Notes under the pieces: generated by a model
The model's input: only the letters and a program-made list of their open reading frames with translations
What the model was told of the DNA's origin: nothing
Database searches by the model: none
NCBI GenBank assembly: GCA_963828195.1
Contig: CAWHDT010000005.1
Location: 1 to 64,000, forward strand
Direction: 5' to 3'
DNA from: Candidatus Bathyarchaeota archaeon
GTDB taxonomy: Archaea > Thermoproteota > Bathyarchaeia > Bathyarchaeales > Bathycorpusculaceae
DNA length: 64,000 bases
Part shown: positions 1 through 9,579 of the stretch, piece by piece
How positions within the stretch are numbered: position 1 is the stretch's first letter
Layout of the letters: each line of letters begins with the position of its first letter
Position numbers and translations under genes: made by a program

Positions 1-385
1 CGGTTTGGCGTCTATTCTTGGCCATAAGCTTCAAAAAATTCGCTTGATTAACCAGCTTTCCAGCAATAAACTTCTTCGCAAGAACCACGCTACGCTCATC
101 ATTATAAGCGATAAATTGTTCTCTTCTTGCCCTAACGGAGCCTGTTAAAGTTGCGGGCATCAATACAGCGTAAGGCCAGCCGCGATATTTGGCGAAGATT
201 ACTTGGATATTGTTCTCTGTAGCCAGTTCCAATGCGCTAGCTGAAAAAGCAACGCCTGAACAGCAGCAAATTATAGAATCAACGTCATCTGCCACTATCT
301 CTTTGATTTCCCCATTCTTCTTGACGCTAAAGCGATTTCTCTTCCTTCCCACGAAAATGCCGAAATCATCCAAAAACACATTCAT
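1..385 (-). CDS. cas1: CRISPR-associated endonuclease Cas1, N-terminal part (runs off window)
   Basis: Not in ORF track. Manual translation from ATG at 385: MNVFLDDFGIFVGRKRNRFSVKKNGEIKEIVADDVDSII...SASALELATENNIQVIFAKYRGWPYAVL...RARREQF...LAKKFIAGKLVNQ, a typical Cas1 N-terminus. Directly downstream of csa1. Confidence 0.92.
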   Translation of the reverse strand, partial: MNVFLDDFGIFVGRKRNRFSVKKNGEIKEIVADDVDSIICCCSGVAFSASALELATENNIQVIFAKYRGWPYAVLMPATLTGSVRARREQFIAYNDERSVVLAKKFIAGKLVNQANFLKLMAKNRRQT

Positions 386-401
386 GGCAGCATCAACCGC
401 T

Positions 402-1289
402 CTAGCCATAGCAGATGTTGTAGTATTGGCAGTACTCTTTGCACTGGGAACTCTCAGGCTTGCCAGGGTCTTTCCTCTCAGCTACAATTTCCAGTTTCTT
501 GTCTCTTTCCTCTATCCACCACTGTCTCAATTCATCATTGGCAAAAAAAAGGTCCTTCTGAACACTGATCTTACCGTTTTCAACGTTTAAGTAGACAGTA
601 CAACAAATGTCAACAGGTACTTCATGGATGCTTTCAAAAACAAGTGCGTAACCAACAGAGTAAAGCCTATGCCAATCTTCTTTTAAACTGGTAACTTTTA
701 GGTCAAACATGATGGTTCTAAGATAATCAAAACAATCCACACTAAGGATGTCGCTTAAGCCAAGCAGTTCACCAGAGAGTTTGTGCTCAACCAAAAAAGG
801 AACTGTTGTGCCTAGCAAATCCATCTCTGACGCATACGGCTGGCTGCAAGAAAGTTCTGCCAACTGGGCATCACACATTTTATGCATGAAATCCCAAACC
901 TGCCTACACTTATCAATAACGTTCTCAGGCTTTTCGCCAATTTCCTGCCACCTAACTTTCTGCCACCATGCATCAAAAGTTAGGTTCTGCCTTTGCCGAA
1001 AACTCTGCAAGCAATCGCTAATAATGCCATGAAATAATTTGCCCAAAGCCATCCGTGAACTCGGAGCCGCATACTTCTTTTCAATATTCCTCAGATACAC
1101 ATCCCGATTACTCGGGCAATATTTGGAGCTAACTTGATACATAGGTAACTTGATGTTGTCAAAATACGGTTTTAAGGGTGGTTGATGCCAATTCCAACCT
1201 CTAAGCTCTTTACTTACACCAACTTCTCTCGCGGTCGGCAAAAGCTGGTAGAGGAGTCGCTTCTGCTCTATGTCCGATAGAAAATACAA
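402..1289 (-). CDS. csa1: Type I-A-associated Cas4-family nuclease Csa1
   Basis: MYFL...ELRGWNWHQPPLKP, YCPSNRDVYL, VEHKLSGELLGLS, C-terminal CxxxCxYYxxC Fe-S cysteines; next to cas1 and the array. Confidence 0.92.
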   Translation of the reverse strand: MYFLSDIEQKRLLYQLLPTAREVGVSKELRGWNWHQPPLKPYFDNIKLPMYQVSSKYCPSNRDVYLRNIEKKYAAPSSRMALGKLFHGIISDCLQSFRQRQNLTFDAWWQKVRWQEIGEKPENVIDKCRQVWDFMHKMCDAQLAELSCSQPYASEMDLLGTTVPFLVEHKLSGELLGLSDILSVDCFDYLRTIMFDLKVTSLKEDWHRLYSVGYALVFESIHEVPVDICCTVYLNVENGKISVQKDLFFANDELRQWWIEERDKKLEIVAERKDPGKPESSQCKEYCQYYNICYG

Positions 1290-1425
1290 CCTTGGTCAAC
1301 CATCAAAACGACGTTATCCGATTATATTTATAAACTCAATGACGTTTCAATAATAATCGAGCCTATATATTCAGAGTCACATTCGAAATAAGCTCTAATC
1401 TGCGAATAAAGCCAAAATCGGCTCG
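1290..1425 (+). promoter_or_regulatory. CRISPR leader / divergent promoter region shared with csa1
   Basis: AT-rich 136 bp with TATA-like runs (TTTATAAA, TATATA) between the csa1 start and the first repeat; repeats end in ATTGAAAG on +. Confidence 0.7.
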
Positions 1426-1806
1426 GGTGCATGGAAAAATCCCAAGGAACGGGAATTGAAAGATTACCATCCAGCATCAAATCATACTCTGCAATTTCTG
1501 GTGCATGGAAAAATCCCAAGGAACGGGAATTGAAAGATGTATAGACTACATGCGCTAGTACTCAGATCAGTGGTGCATGGAAAAATCCCAAGGAACGGGA
1601 ATTGAAAGACTAGCATAGCTATGAGGTCGCGGCGAATGTACGTAGCTTATGCGAGGTAAGGTGCATGGAAAAATCCCAAGGAACGGGAATTGAAAGACGT
1701 ATGCCTATAAGATTCGGGTGCATGGAAAAATCCCAGGAACGGGAATTGAAAGTTGCCCGCATGCAGGATGGTGCATGGAAAAATCCCAAGGAACGGGAAT
1801 TGAAAG
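1426..1806 (+). CRISPR. CRISPR array: 6 repeats (37 bp GGTGCATGGAAAAATCCCAAGGAACGGGAATTGAAAG), 5 spacers of 37, 35, 51, 20 and 17 bp
   Basis: Repeats at 1426-1462, 1500-1536, 1572-1608, 1660-1696, 1717-1752 (one A deleted) and 1770-1806; TCCC/GGGA stem; 3' ATTGAAAG handle. Confidence 0.97.
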
Positions 1807-1828
1807 TGCTCTATGTAATGTGGCTTCT

Positions 1829-4564
1829 TTAGCTCAAAAGTTGTTTTTCTGCGATAGAGTAGTCTTCTTCTTTTCGGACTGTGTAAATCGTGTCGGCGAC
1901 GTCTTCTATTTCTGTATGGTGTGTAATTATGAGCATTTGTGGTATTATTCTGCCGCCTTCCCTGAAGAAAGAGCTGAGAATGTTCACAAGCTCCTTTCTT
2001 CTTTGCTCATCCAAGTGCGTTGTGGGTTCGTCCATTATGATGGTTTCGATTTTTCCTGACAATACTTGAGCAATAGCTAATCTAAGAGCAATCGCTAATG
2101 CTACCCGTTCACCCCCACTTATCTGGTCAATATCTTTCTCGCCACTTGCACCTATTACAGCGATATTATAATCATCATCGATTTTAATGTCGGAATAAGA
2201 AAGATTGAACCGTTCAAACAGGTCACGGGTAGACCTTTCAAGTAGAGGTCTAGCTCTTGCTCTGATTATCTTTTGTATTCCATCTTTTCCATAGGCATCT
2301 CTTATCTGGTTGAGTTTACCGATGAAAGTCTCAACCTTTTTCTTTTCTGCGGCTTTCTTTTCCAAAGCCCGTAGCTCTTCTTCGCATCTTCTTGCCTCTT
2401 CCTCAGCACTCGTTTTGGCTTGATTCAATTTGACGACTTCTTTCTCAAGACTACCCAGAGCATCCTTCTTTGAGTCATAAGCTACCTGTTGCTTTTCATG
2501 TTCTTTTTCCGAGTAGCCAAGCTTTTCAATTGCTTGAATCAAATCAGCGTATTTTCCGTTAACGATAGAAATCTCTTCTTTGGTTTTTTGCAAGATCGAC
2601 TCGTACTCAGTTTTCTTCATTGCAAGAGGTAGCTTTTGGTCATAGGTTTCTTTTTTATTTCGCAACTCCCGGAGTTCTTTTTGTGGCTCTTGAGATTTGT
2701 ATCCGAGCTTTTCCAAAGAAACATCGATTAATCCAGAAATATTGCCCAGTGCTTTAGTGATTGGCGTAATTTGTTTTTCAATTTCTTCCTGGGCAGGAAG
2801 CTTTTCTAGACGTCGCTTTGCCGAATCAAACTCTTGGTATGAGTCTTCAAGACTCTTTTTTCCGCCTTCTAGCTCTTCTATCGTTAGATCTATTTGTTTT
2901 AGAGCCTCTGCCTGTTGCTCAATCTCTTTAATCTCATTTTCTTGGAGCGTTATACGGCTCTTTGCTTCTTCAAACTCTGTAGCCAACGTTCTTATTCTCT
3001 CAGGGTCGATAGCGTCTACTTTCTTCGCTTTTCTTTTAGTCTGTTCCAAACTGTTGATTACTTCGTTCAACACGTTTTGAAGTTTTGATTTCTTGCTTTC
3101 CGATTCAATTTTCTCTAAAGAGTATTTGTTCACTAACTGATTGAGGCGCTCTGTAGTTAATTCGGCTTCACAGGTTGGGCAGCTTTTAATCTCCTCCTTG
3201 CTGCTCGCAAATTTTGAGAGGTTCTCATCTAAATCCTTCAAGCGCTGAGTCAGAACACTTATTATTCCATTTGTTTCAGAAGTTCTAGATTCGAGTTCTT
3301 GTACTGTTTTTTGATACTCTTGCTTTTTCCGTTCAAGAATAAGCTCAACGTTATCTATAGAAACTGGTTCATCTAGCGCTTTTGAAGCTTTTTCAAGATC
3401 CTTCTCTAAATTGCTTTGTTTGCTTATCTTTTCTTCAGCGATTTGCTTGAGCTGCTTCTTAGCTTTGGTTAACGATGCTTCAGCGCCTTCATAATTTTTG
3501 CGCTCTTTAAGTTTGTCAGCGATTAACTTTTCCTTTTCGAGATAGCCTTCATGGTCTTTCGCAGTGTCCTCTACTGCTTTTTTAAGCTGCTTTACTTCCT
3601 CTAATTTTGCTGAATATGAGGAGAGCGCTAATTCCTGTTTCTCTTTCTCTGTCAAATGGTCAATATAGTCTTCCAAGAAAGGCAATTGAGCAATAGAATT
3701 TTCTAGTTCCTTCACAACTTCCTCGGCTGCAACAGCCTGGCCAAGCTCTTCTTTTTCCCTTTGAAGCTTTTGCTTAAGGTTCTCGATATTGCCTTCAATT
3801 ACTCGTTTCTCTTTGTCATAGTTCTCAAATTGCTTTTTCGTATTTTTCAAGTCGTCCAAAACAGTCTGCAAGCATTTGAGTTCAGACTCAACTTCCGAAA
3901 GATTTTTCTTCTTTGAAGAAATTAGCGCTTCCAACTCTGCTGCCTTTGTTTCATAATCTCTCTTTGTTTTCTCAACTACCGGCTTCCGATCAAGCTCCGT
4001 TTTTAGCGCAATCTGTTTTTCTCGATATACCTGAATAACGCTTTTTATGCCTTCCCAAGCTATCTCAAGTTCTTCGACGCCTAGCAGTCTAGAAATAAGT
4101 TCTTTTCTGTCACCTGGCGTTGACGTGACAAGTTTTTCGATTTCACCTTGTCGGACATAAACAGACTGCATAAACATATTCTTGTCAAAGCCCAAAACCT
4201 TTTGAATCTCAGGAACGACAGAGCGCTCGCCGTCTTTAACAAGAAGCTTTCGCTGACCATCAACCGTCCGAAAAAGGCTGCCATGAGCAGACCCTTTTCG
4301 CTCAATAGACCATTCAGCATCGTAACTTATTCCAGCTTCAGTAAAGCATATTCCGACTTTGCATTTTTTGGCTCTGTCATTTATGAGTTTTTCTTTCTTT
4401 CCACGGTTACTATAGTCATTAAATAAAGCGAAGCTTATAGCGTCTAGAATACTAGTTTTGCCTGCTCCGTTAGGTCCTACAACAACGTTTATTCCATAAC
4501 CAAGGTCAATTTCAGTATTTTGGTGAGAAATGAAATTTTCAAGTTTGACCTTATTGAGAATCAT
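1829..4564 (-). CDS. rad50: DNA double-strand break repair ATPase Rad50
   Basis: Walker A GPNGAGKT, Q-loop VRQGEI, long coiled coil with central CPTC zinc hook, signature SGGE, Walker B IIMDEPT. Confidence 0.97.
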   Translation of the reverse strand: MILNKVKLENFISHQNTEIDLGYGINVVVGPNGAGKTSILDAISFALFNDYSNRGKKEKLINDRAKKCKVGICFTEAGISYDAEWSIERKGSAHGSLFRTVDGQRKLLVKDGERSVVPEIQKVLGFDKNMFMQSVYVRQGEIEKLVTSTPGDRKELISRLLGVEELEIAWEGIKSVIQVYREKQIALKTELDRKPVVEKTKRDYETKAAELEALISSKKKNLSEVESELKCLQTVLDDLKNTKKQFENYDKEKRVIEGNIENLKQKLQREKEELGQAVAAEEVVKELENSIAQLPFLEDYIDHLTEKEKQELALSSYSAKLEEVKQLKKAVEDTAKDHEGYLEKEKLIADKLKERKNYEGAEASLTKAKKQLKQIAEEKISKQSNLEKDLEKASKALDEPVSIDNVELILERKKQEYQKTVQELESRTSETNGIISVLTQRLKDLDENLSKFASSKEEIKSCPTCEAELTTERLNQLVNKYSLEKIESESKKSKLQNVLNEVINSLEQTKRKAKKVDAIDPERIRTLATEFEEAKSRITLQENEIKEIEQQAEALKQIDLTIEELEGGKKSLEDSYQEFDSAKRRLEKLPAQEEIEKQITPITKALGNISGLIDVSLEKLGYKSQEPQKELRELRNKKETYDQKLPLAMKKTEYESILQKTKEEISIVNGKYADLIQAIEKLGYSEKEHEKQQVAYDSKKDALGSLEKEVVKLNQAKTSAEEEARRCEEELRALEKKAAEKKKVETFIGKLNQIRDAYGKDGIQKIIRARARPLLERSTRDLFERFNLSYSDIKIDDDYNIAVIGASGEKDIDQISGGERVALAIALRLAIAQVLSGKIETIIMDEPTTHLDEQRRKELVNILSSFFREGGRIIPQMLIITHHTEIEDVADTIYTVRKEEDYSIAEKQLLS

Positions 4565-5706
4565 TGTAGTACCTCTTTTTGAAAGTATTCTTCAGCGACT
4601 TTCTTGGCTTCATCAATGTCCCTGTGTCGAAGATGACCCCACAATTCTAGCGCTAGCCCCGCCGTGTGTTCATCCTTGAAGTAATCTTGAATGACATTAT
4701 TGACTTGGAATGAACCTGGTTTTAGGTCCGGAAGCCTTTGTTCATTTTCCTCAACAATGTCTTGTCTAAAAGTGAGAACTCTTCCTGTTAAGGCAGATGT
4801 TAGAGTCTGATGAACATTCTGTCGATCAATGCTTTTGCCTTCAACAAGCACATGGATAATCGGCTGCTTTTCCATGCGCTCAACTTGCTTTACGAGAGAT
4901 TCTAGTTCACTCTCAAATCGCGAATAGTTCAGCCTAGCCTCAATCTGCGGTCTAATTCTTTCAATGTTGATATTTCGAACATCAACATCATCATTGTCAA
5001 AATCGACTATGTAAAAGCCTTTTCCAGTTTTTTGCCAGCCAGCAATCTCATCTCTTCTCAAGACTTCACTTGAACCAGGATAACCAAGTTCGCCTTTGCC
5101 AAATGAAGCTCGAATTCTTGTATGCAGGTGTCCCATTGCTAGATAATCAAAATTTTTTGGAAGCTCGTCCATGTGTAGCTCAAATGATCCTTCAAATGGT
5201 AGAAACTTGTCAATTCCCTCATGTAGCAAAAGAATACTAATCTTGCCATCAAACTTGAGAGTTGCAAGCTTCTTCATTTCTTCAACGAGAACGACACGAT
5301 AAGAGCGGGTTAGATTAGATAAACCTGCGACAACAACTTCTCTACCGCCAATGTTCAGTTGCTGTTGTTGTGCGCTCCCTCCTACCCCGAGGATTTGCAT
5401 TTGATCTTCAAAAAGTATGTGGGGAGCTATGCCTCTACTTTTGGGTCTGTCGTGGTCTCCAAGCACCGAAAAAATCTTTGTTTTTCCATCAAGCTTCTTC
5501 AAAAAATTCTTGAATGCACGATAAGCTTGCGGTGTGGGCCTTGGAGAATCAAAGAGATCCCCGCTATGAACTACGATATCTACGTGTTCCTCTAGAATTT
5601 TATCGCTGATTTCCTCTAATGCATCATAAATGTCTTTTTCTCGTTCATCCAAATTATATTGTTTGTACCCAAGGTGCGTATCAGCCAAATGAGCAATCCG
5701 AACCAT
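4561..5706 (-). CDS. mre11: DNA repair exonuclease Mre11
   Basis: Phosphoesterase motifs DTHLG, GDLFD, GDHD, GHLH, YPGS; overlaps rad50 start by 4 bp. Confidence 0.96.
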   Translation of the reverse strand: MVRIAHLADTHLGYKQYNLDEREKDIYDALEEISDKILEEHVDIVVHSGDLFDSPRPTPQAYRAFKNFLKKLDGKTKIFSVLGDHDRPKSRGIAPHILFEDQMQILGVGGSAQQQQLNIGGREVVVAGLSNLTRSYRVVLVEEMKKLATLKFDGKISILLLHEGIDKFLPFEGSFELHMDELPKNFDYLAMGHLHTRIRASFGKGELGYPGSSEVLRRDEIAGWQKTGKGFYIVDFDNDDVDVRNINIERIRPQIEARLNYSRFESELESLVKQVERMEKQPIIHVLVEGKSIDRQNVHQTLTSALTGRVLTFRQDIVEENEQRLPDLKPGSFQVNNVIQDYFKDEHTAGLALELWGHLRHRDIDEAKKVAEEYFQKEVLQ

Positions 5707-5717
5707 GACGAAGTCTC

Positions 5718-7337
5718 CTATTCACCTGGACCCATCAGGTCCTTCATTTCTCTACGCAGACGCTCGCCATCATTTTCCACAGTTTCTTCCCGGGACTTCT
5801 CAACGGCAGCCTTCATCTTACCAACAATATCTATATCGCTTCCGCCCTCCCTAGTTCTGCGTCGCTTCACTCTCACCATAACCGGAGCCCTTGTCATCTC
5901 GCCAACGAGCACAGCTTCACCAGTGTTAAGTCCAGGCAAATCTTCAAGCAGACTCTGCCCCAATCGCTCAGAACTCTTGGCAATTGCTAATTGATCATCA
6001 GGATTCGTCATGCGCATAACTATCTGGCTGTTGCATTGACTCAAAGCATCAGGATGAATTTTTGAAGGTCGCTGAGTAATCACGACAAGAAAGACACCAA
6101 ACTTTCTACCCTCTGCCGCAATTTTCTTTATAATTCTACTGGATTTTGTGTTACCCTGAAACGGAATAAAGCGATGCGCTTCTTCAACAAAAACAAAAAC
6201 GGGAAACTCAAATTCGCCGCTAGACGCCTTGTCATAAATGTCAGACAACAATCGGAATGCTATATAATCCGCGACCTCATCACTTAACCCTGAAAGATCG
6301 ACATCTGACAAATGCCTGGGCTTAAGTAAAGCATCAATATTAGTTGAAGCAGAAGTGAATACCTGCATTTTCACGATTTGCTTAATATATTTCTGGGCTG
6401 ATTTGGCACCCGCTATCTTACTTTTTTCTATTCCGCGGTCTTTCCAACTTTCAGCATTCTTTAACTCTTCGAGCAAATCTTCGGGCTGGAAAACCGCTTT
6501 ATCTGCTTTCAAATACTCAATTGCTTGTTCTAAACCATCTCGAATATTCAACATATTTTTACCGATATTAGCGATCAGGCAAATTTCTTCAACGTCCAAA
6601 TCCGAGAAACAAATCTCATAAGGCTCAACCTTGCCAACATCCCCAGCCGAGTACCGTCCAGTGCTTGCAGGGTTCCTAAACACAGTAATCCTGTCAGAAA
6701 GTTCATGTCTCTTCCCATCTGAATCTCTTCCCAAAAAAACATAATCCGCATGCGGGTCTAACATTACAATCGTGCCACCCTTGGCAAGCAATTCATCTGC
6801 AAGAATCCCTGCGAGATACGTTTTTCCCGAACCTGTCTGCGCTAAAAGCGCCAAATGCCTTCGAAAACCTTTAATCGAAAGCGCAACAGGAACCTCGCTA
6901 CGGGTAATTAAGCTGCCCACCCTAATTGCTTCATCCAAAGGATAAGAATAGAACGTTTCAAGCAACTCAGCAGGCGCAACATAAACAGGCTTACCTGGAA
7001 TAATTGCTTTTTTTGGCAACTGAAGCTCCCCGCTATCAGCCAGATAACCCAAAACCCTTGCTTTACCCCATACCTTACTATCTGCCAAACCCGCCTGTAT
7101 TATCTTCTTAATTATATCAAAATCCAGCTCTCTAGTCAAGGCCTGACTAGCAGACATTACCCTATCAATCTGAGCAACAATCTGAACAGGAATCAATTTC
7201 CCATCCTGCTCTTCTTCGGAATAAATCATCAAATACTCCCAACGCGATGGCATCTCACTTGGCTTAGATGAAAAATAAAACTCATTCGAACTAGCTTCAC
7301 CAACTATTACTCCAATTTCTTTAAGGGTACTTGACAC
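5718..7337 (-). CDS. herA: HerA helicase/translocase
   Basis: HAS-barrel-like N-terminus, RHLALLAQTGSGKT, VFVEEAH, EGRKFG, TQRPS, SQCN. Start placed at GTG 7337 behind a GGAGG SD (ORF track starts at 7445). Confidence 0.95.
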   Translation of the reverse strand: MSSTLKEIGVIVGEASSNEFYFSSKPSEMPSRWEYLMIYSEEEQDGKLIPVQIVAQIDRVMSASQALTRELDFDIIKKIIQAGLADSKVWGKARVLGYLADSGELQLPKKAIIPGKPVYVAPAELLETFYSYPLDEAIRVGSLITRSEVPVALSIKGFRRHLALLAQTGSGKTYLAGILADELLAKGGTIVMLDPHADYVFLGRDSDGKRHELSDRITVFRNPASTGRYSAGDVGKVEPYEICFSDLDVEEICLIANIGKNMLNIRDGLEQAIEYLKADKAVFQPEDLLEELKNAESWKDRGIEKSKIAGAKSAQKYIKQIVKMQVFTSASTNIDALLKPRHLSDVDLSGLSDEVADYIAFRLLSDIYDKASSGEFEFPVFVFVEEAHRFIPFQGNTKSSRIIKKIAAEGRKFGVFLVVITQRPSKIHPDALSQCNSQIVMRMTNPDDQLAIAKSSERLGQSLLEDLPGLNTGEAVLVGEMTRAPVMVRVKRRRTREGGSDIDIVGKMKAAVEKSREETVENDGERLRREMKDLMGPGE

Positions 7338-8667
7338 GTCTATAACTCCTCCCGCGTATAATCTTCTCCCCAAACATTTTCTCCATGTAAGGGAAGTAGA
7401 TATTATCAACGACTTTCTTCTTAAGCCTAACCCGTTCATCCACATTCTTCAACCAAAGATTATGGCAATCCAAACCGCCATAACCAGTAACCATAATATT
7501 CAACAGATCATCAACTTTTAGGTCAACGGGTTTAGGCCATCCTGTATTGGTAAATGTCTGATCCCAATAGGGTAAATCAACTCGTATAGGAGAATCACGA
7601 GCATCAAGCAAAAGATGTAAGGACACAATTCCGGGAAAAGTCGTAAAACTGGAAACAATATTTGACGCATATTTGACAAATTCTTGCCCCTTTTCTCTAT
7701 AAGTAACAGGGAAATACCTGCGCACATATCTTTCAGGATTATTACGACATAACTCAAAAAACCGAGACATCATCGGCGAAGGACCAAGCAGCAAAGGCTT
7801 CGTATACCCAGTAGACTCAGCAAGGCTCATAATTAGCTGATAATCTGGTCGCGAAGAAGTTAACTCTTCAAAAACCAAAGTTACCAACTCAAGATTATCT
7901 CCACATTTCTCCTTTAACTGTGAAAACTTCCTGAACGCAGATTCCTTAGCATTTTCCCCGCTCAGTAGCTCCAAGAACAAGGGCTTTAGTTTTTGAATAA
8001 TTACCGGATCTACTCGTGAACTTACGTTTCCAAGTTCTTCATCAAACAGAAGCCTCAGCAGATAATTACGATAAAAATCCGCACGGCTCTCCTTGCTCAC
8101 CCCAATAGGCACAATGCCCTTGCTCTTGCAAATTTCCAAAAACTCTCGAAAAGTCTGAAGATAATCAAGAAGTGTAAGCCTCTGCTCCTCAATCTTCGTT
8201 TCTATAGGTAAATGAACAGCTCGCCCATACAAAGAGCCATCAATCAAAACTCGACTGCATTCACAATCTTCCTTCAAAAAATTTAGGGCAACCTGAAACT
8301 CCAGCATCTCCATTTTCATGCTCACAAAACGCTGAGCATCAAGCAAACTGCCTTTAGTAAAAACTACATCTGTCTCCAGCAGTTTTCGAGTCTCATCCTT
8401 GCAAACTGCAAGCGATCTAACAACGTAAAAAATCCCTCCAGTAGAAAGAGGATTAGTATAGACGCTCGAATCAACTGCCGCTACCCCTAAATCACCGGGA
8501 TTTCCAGAAAAACTTTCCATATGGTCTATTTGAATCCAGTTCGAAAGAAAGTGCTTCTCTAATCTGTCGCGGAGAGGATTTGTCTTCCCCTCTAGCATCC
8601 GCTCCTTCATAATTCTCTCTTTCTTACTGAAGGAAGATGCAAACTCGCCGAGAAAATCTGGTGCCAA
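7321..8667 (-). CDS. nurA: NurA 5'-3' nuclease
   Basis: AAVDSS, MEMLE, LIDGSL, GVSKES motifs; first gene of the operon with herA, mre11 and rad50. Confidence 0.9.
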   Translation of the reverse strand: MAPDFLGEFASSFSKKERIMKERMLEGKTNPLRDRLEKHFLSNWIQIDHMESFSGNPGDLGVAAVDSSVYTNPLSTGGIFYVVRSLAVCKDETRKLLETDVVFTKGSLLDAQRFVSMKMEMLEFQVALNFLKEDCECSRVLIDGSLYGRAVHLPIETKIEEQRLTLLDYLQTFREFLEICKSKGIVPIGVSKESRADFYRNYLLRLLFDEELGNVSSRVDPVIIQKLKPLFLELLSGENAKESAFRKFSQLKEKCGDNLELVTLVFEELTSSRPDYQLIMSLAESTGYTKPLLLGPSPMMSRFFELCRNNPERYVRRYFPVTYREKGQEFVKYASNIVSSFTTFPGIVSLHLLLDARDSPIRVDLPYWDQTFTNTGWPKPVDLKVDDLLNIMVTGYGGLDCHNLWLKNVDERVRLKKKVVDNIYFPYMEKMFGEKIIRGRSYRRVKYP

Positions 8668-8770
8668 GACATCCCCTACTTGTCCATAGTGTTAGTTGAA
8701 ACAATATAAAAGATTTAGGAATCTATTGTCAATATTCTCTGATGACAGTATCCTCATGGATAACAAAAAA

Positions 8771-8817
8771 GTAGAGGAAAAGGTCCGCGTTAAAAAGGCA
8801 TGCGACGCCCGAATCTT
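8771..8817 (+). repeat. Repeat A, partial (3') copy
   Basis: gtccgcgttaaaaaggcatgcgacgcccgaatctt closely matches 12977-13011 (gtccgcgttacaaaggcatgcggcgcccgaatctt). Confidence 0.85.
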
Positions 8818-8977
8818 GGAACTGATTCGCTTGAATAATGACATGATAGACGGGGTTATCAGTCCATAATTTATGGAAGGCATCAAAATCCTCAATCAGA
8901 GGATGTAAATCAACTTTTAATCGAGCGAAAACAAGAAATAGATTTAAGTATATACTATCTTATAGAATTTAGCCGAA

Positions 8978-9412
8978 ATGGGGCTTTCTATGGCTAGTGT
9001 ATGGATGTTGTCTAAAGAGTCGATGAAGGGGATGGACATCGTATCAGTGTCCACGGATATCCTTTATGCTTTTGAACAATCGACTCGAGGTCAATTATCT
9101 CAGAAAGAACTCAACGAGAAGTGCCAAGAAGGACTAAACCTCTTATCTTTACTAAGCAACGCCGTGATTGCTCAAACGAAAGCAAAAACAGGAAAATCGG
9201 CAGACCTTTTTATGCTTAAAGTTGCTGAATCATTGGAAAAATCTATAGCTAAAACACCAACCCAGGTCCATGCAGATATTGATGAAGCAAAAAAAGAACT
9301 TGAAAGATGCAAGATAAGTTCAAAGACAATATGCCTACTTGAGCGAGTTTCTGATGTAGTCATGAACTTGACGTCCCGGAGCGTTGAAGAAATATCAACA
9401 TCTCTTCGGTAG
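8978..9412 (+). CDS. Hypothetical alpha-helical protein
   Basis: 144-aa ORF behind a TATA-like TTTAAG/TATATA; no recognisable motif. Confidence 0.7.
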   Translation: MGLSMASVWMLSKESMKGMDIVSVSTDILYAFEQSTRGQLSQKELNEKCQEGLNLLSLLSNAVIAQTKAKTGKSADLFMLKVAESLEKSIAKTPTQVHADIDEAKKELERCKISSKTICLLERVSDVVMNLTSRSVEEISTSLR

Positions 9413-9579
9413 ACAAGGCCTTCTCCGAAATTCTTGAATACAGAATTGACAGCTTAAAATACGAACTAGACAAACTTACAGTTGAACCTCCGCTAAGCTC
9501 TTTCATAGACCATGGAAACGATGTTATCGATAAACTAAGAGCTTATCTATTAAGGGCAAATTCAACTAATTCAGAAGTT

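Noticed and set aside
1697-1769. Self-targeting by short spacers 4 and 5 (GCCTATA in the leader; TGCCCGCA in cas1; TTGCCCGCAT near 33697)
   Set aside because: Matches are only 7-10 nt, expected by chance in 64 kb; a full-genome search is needed.
1328-2059. ORFs 1328-1519 (-) and 1718-2059 (+)
   Set aside because: They run through the CRISPR repeats, leader or antisense rad50 and translate repeat sequence.
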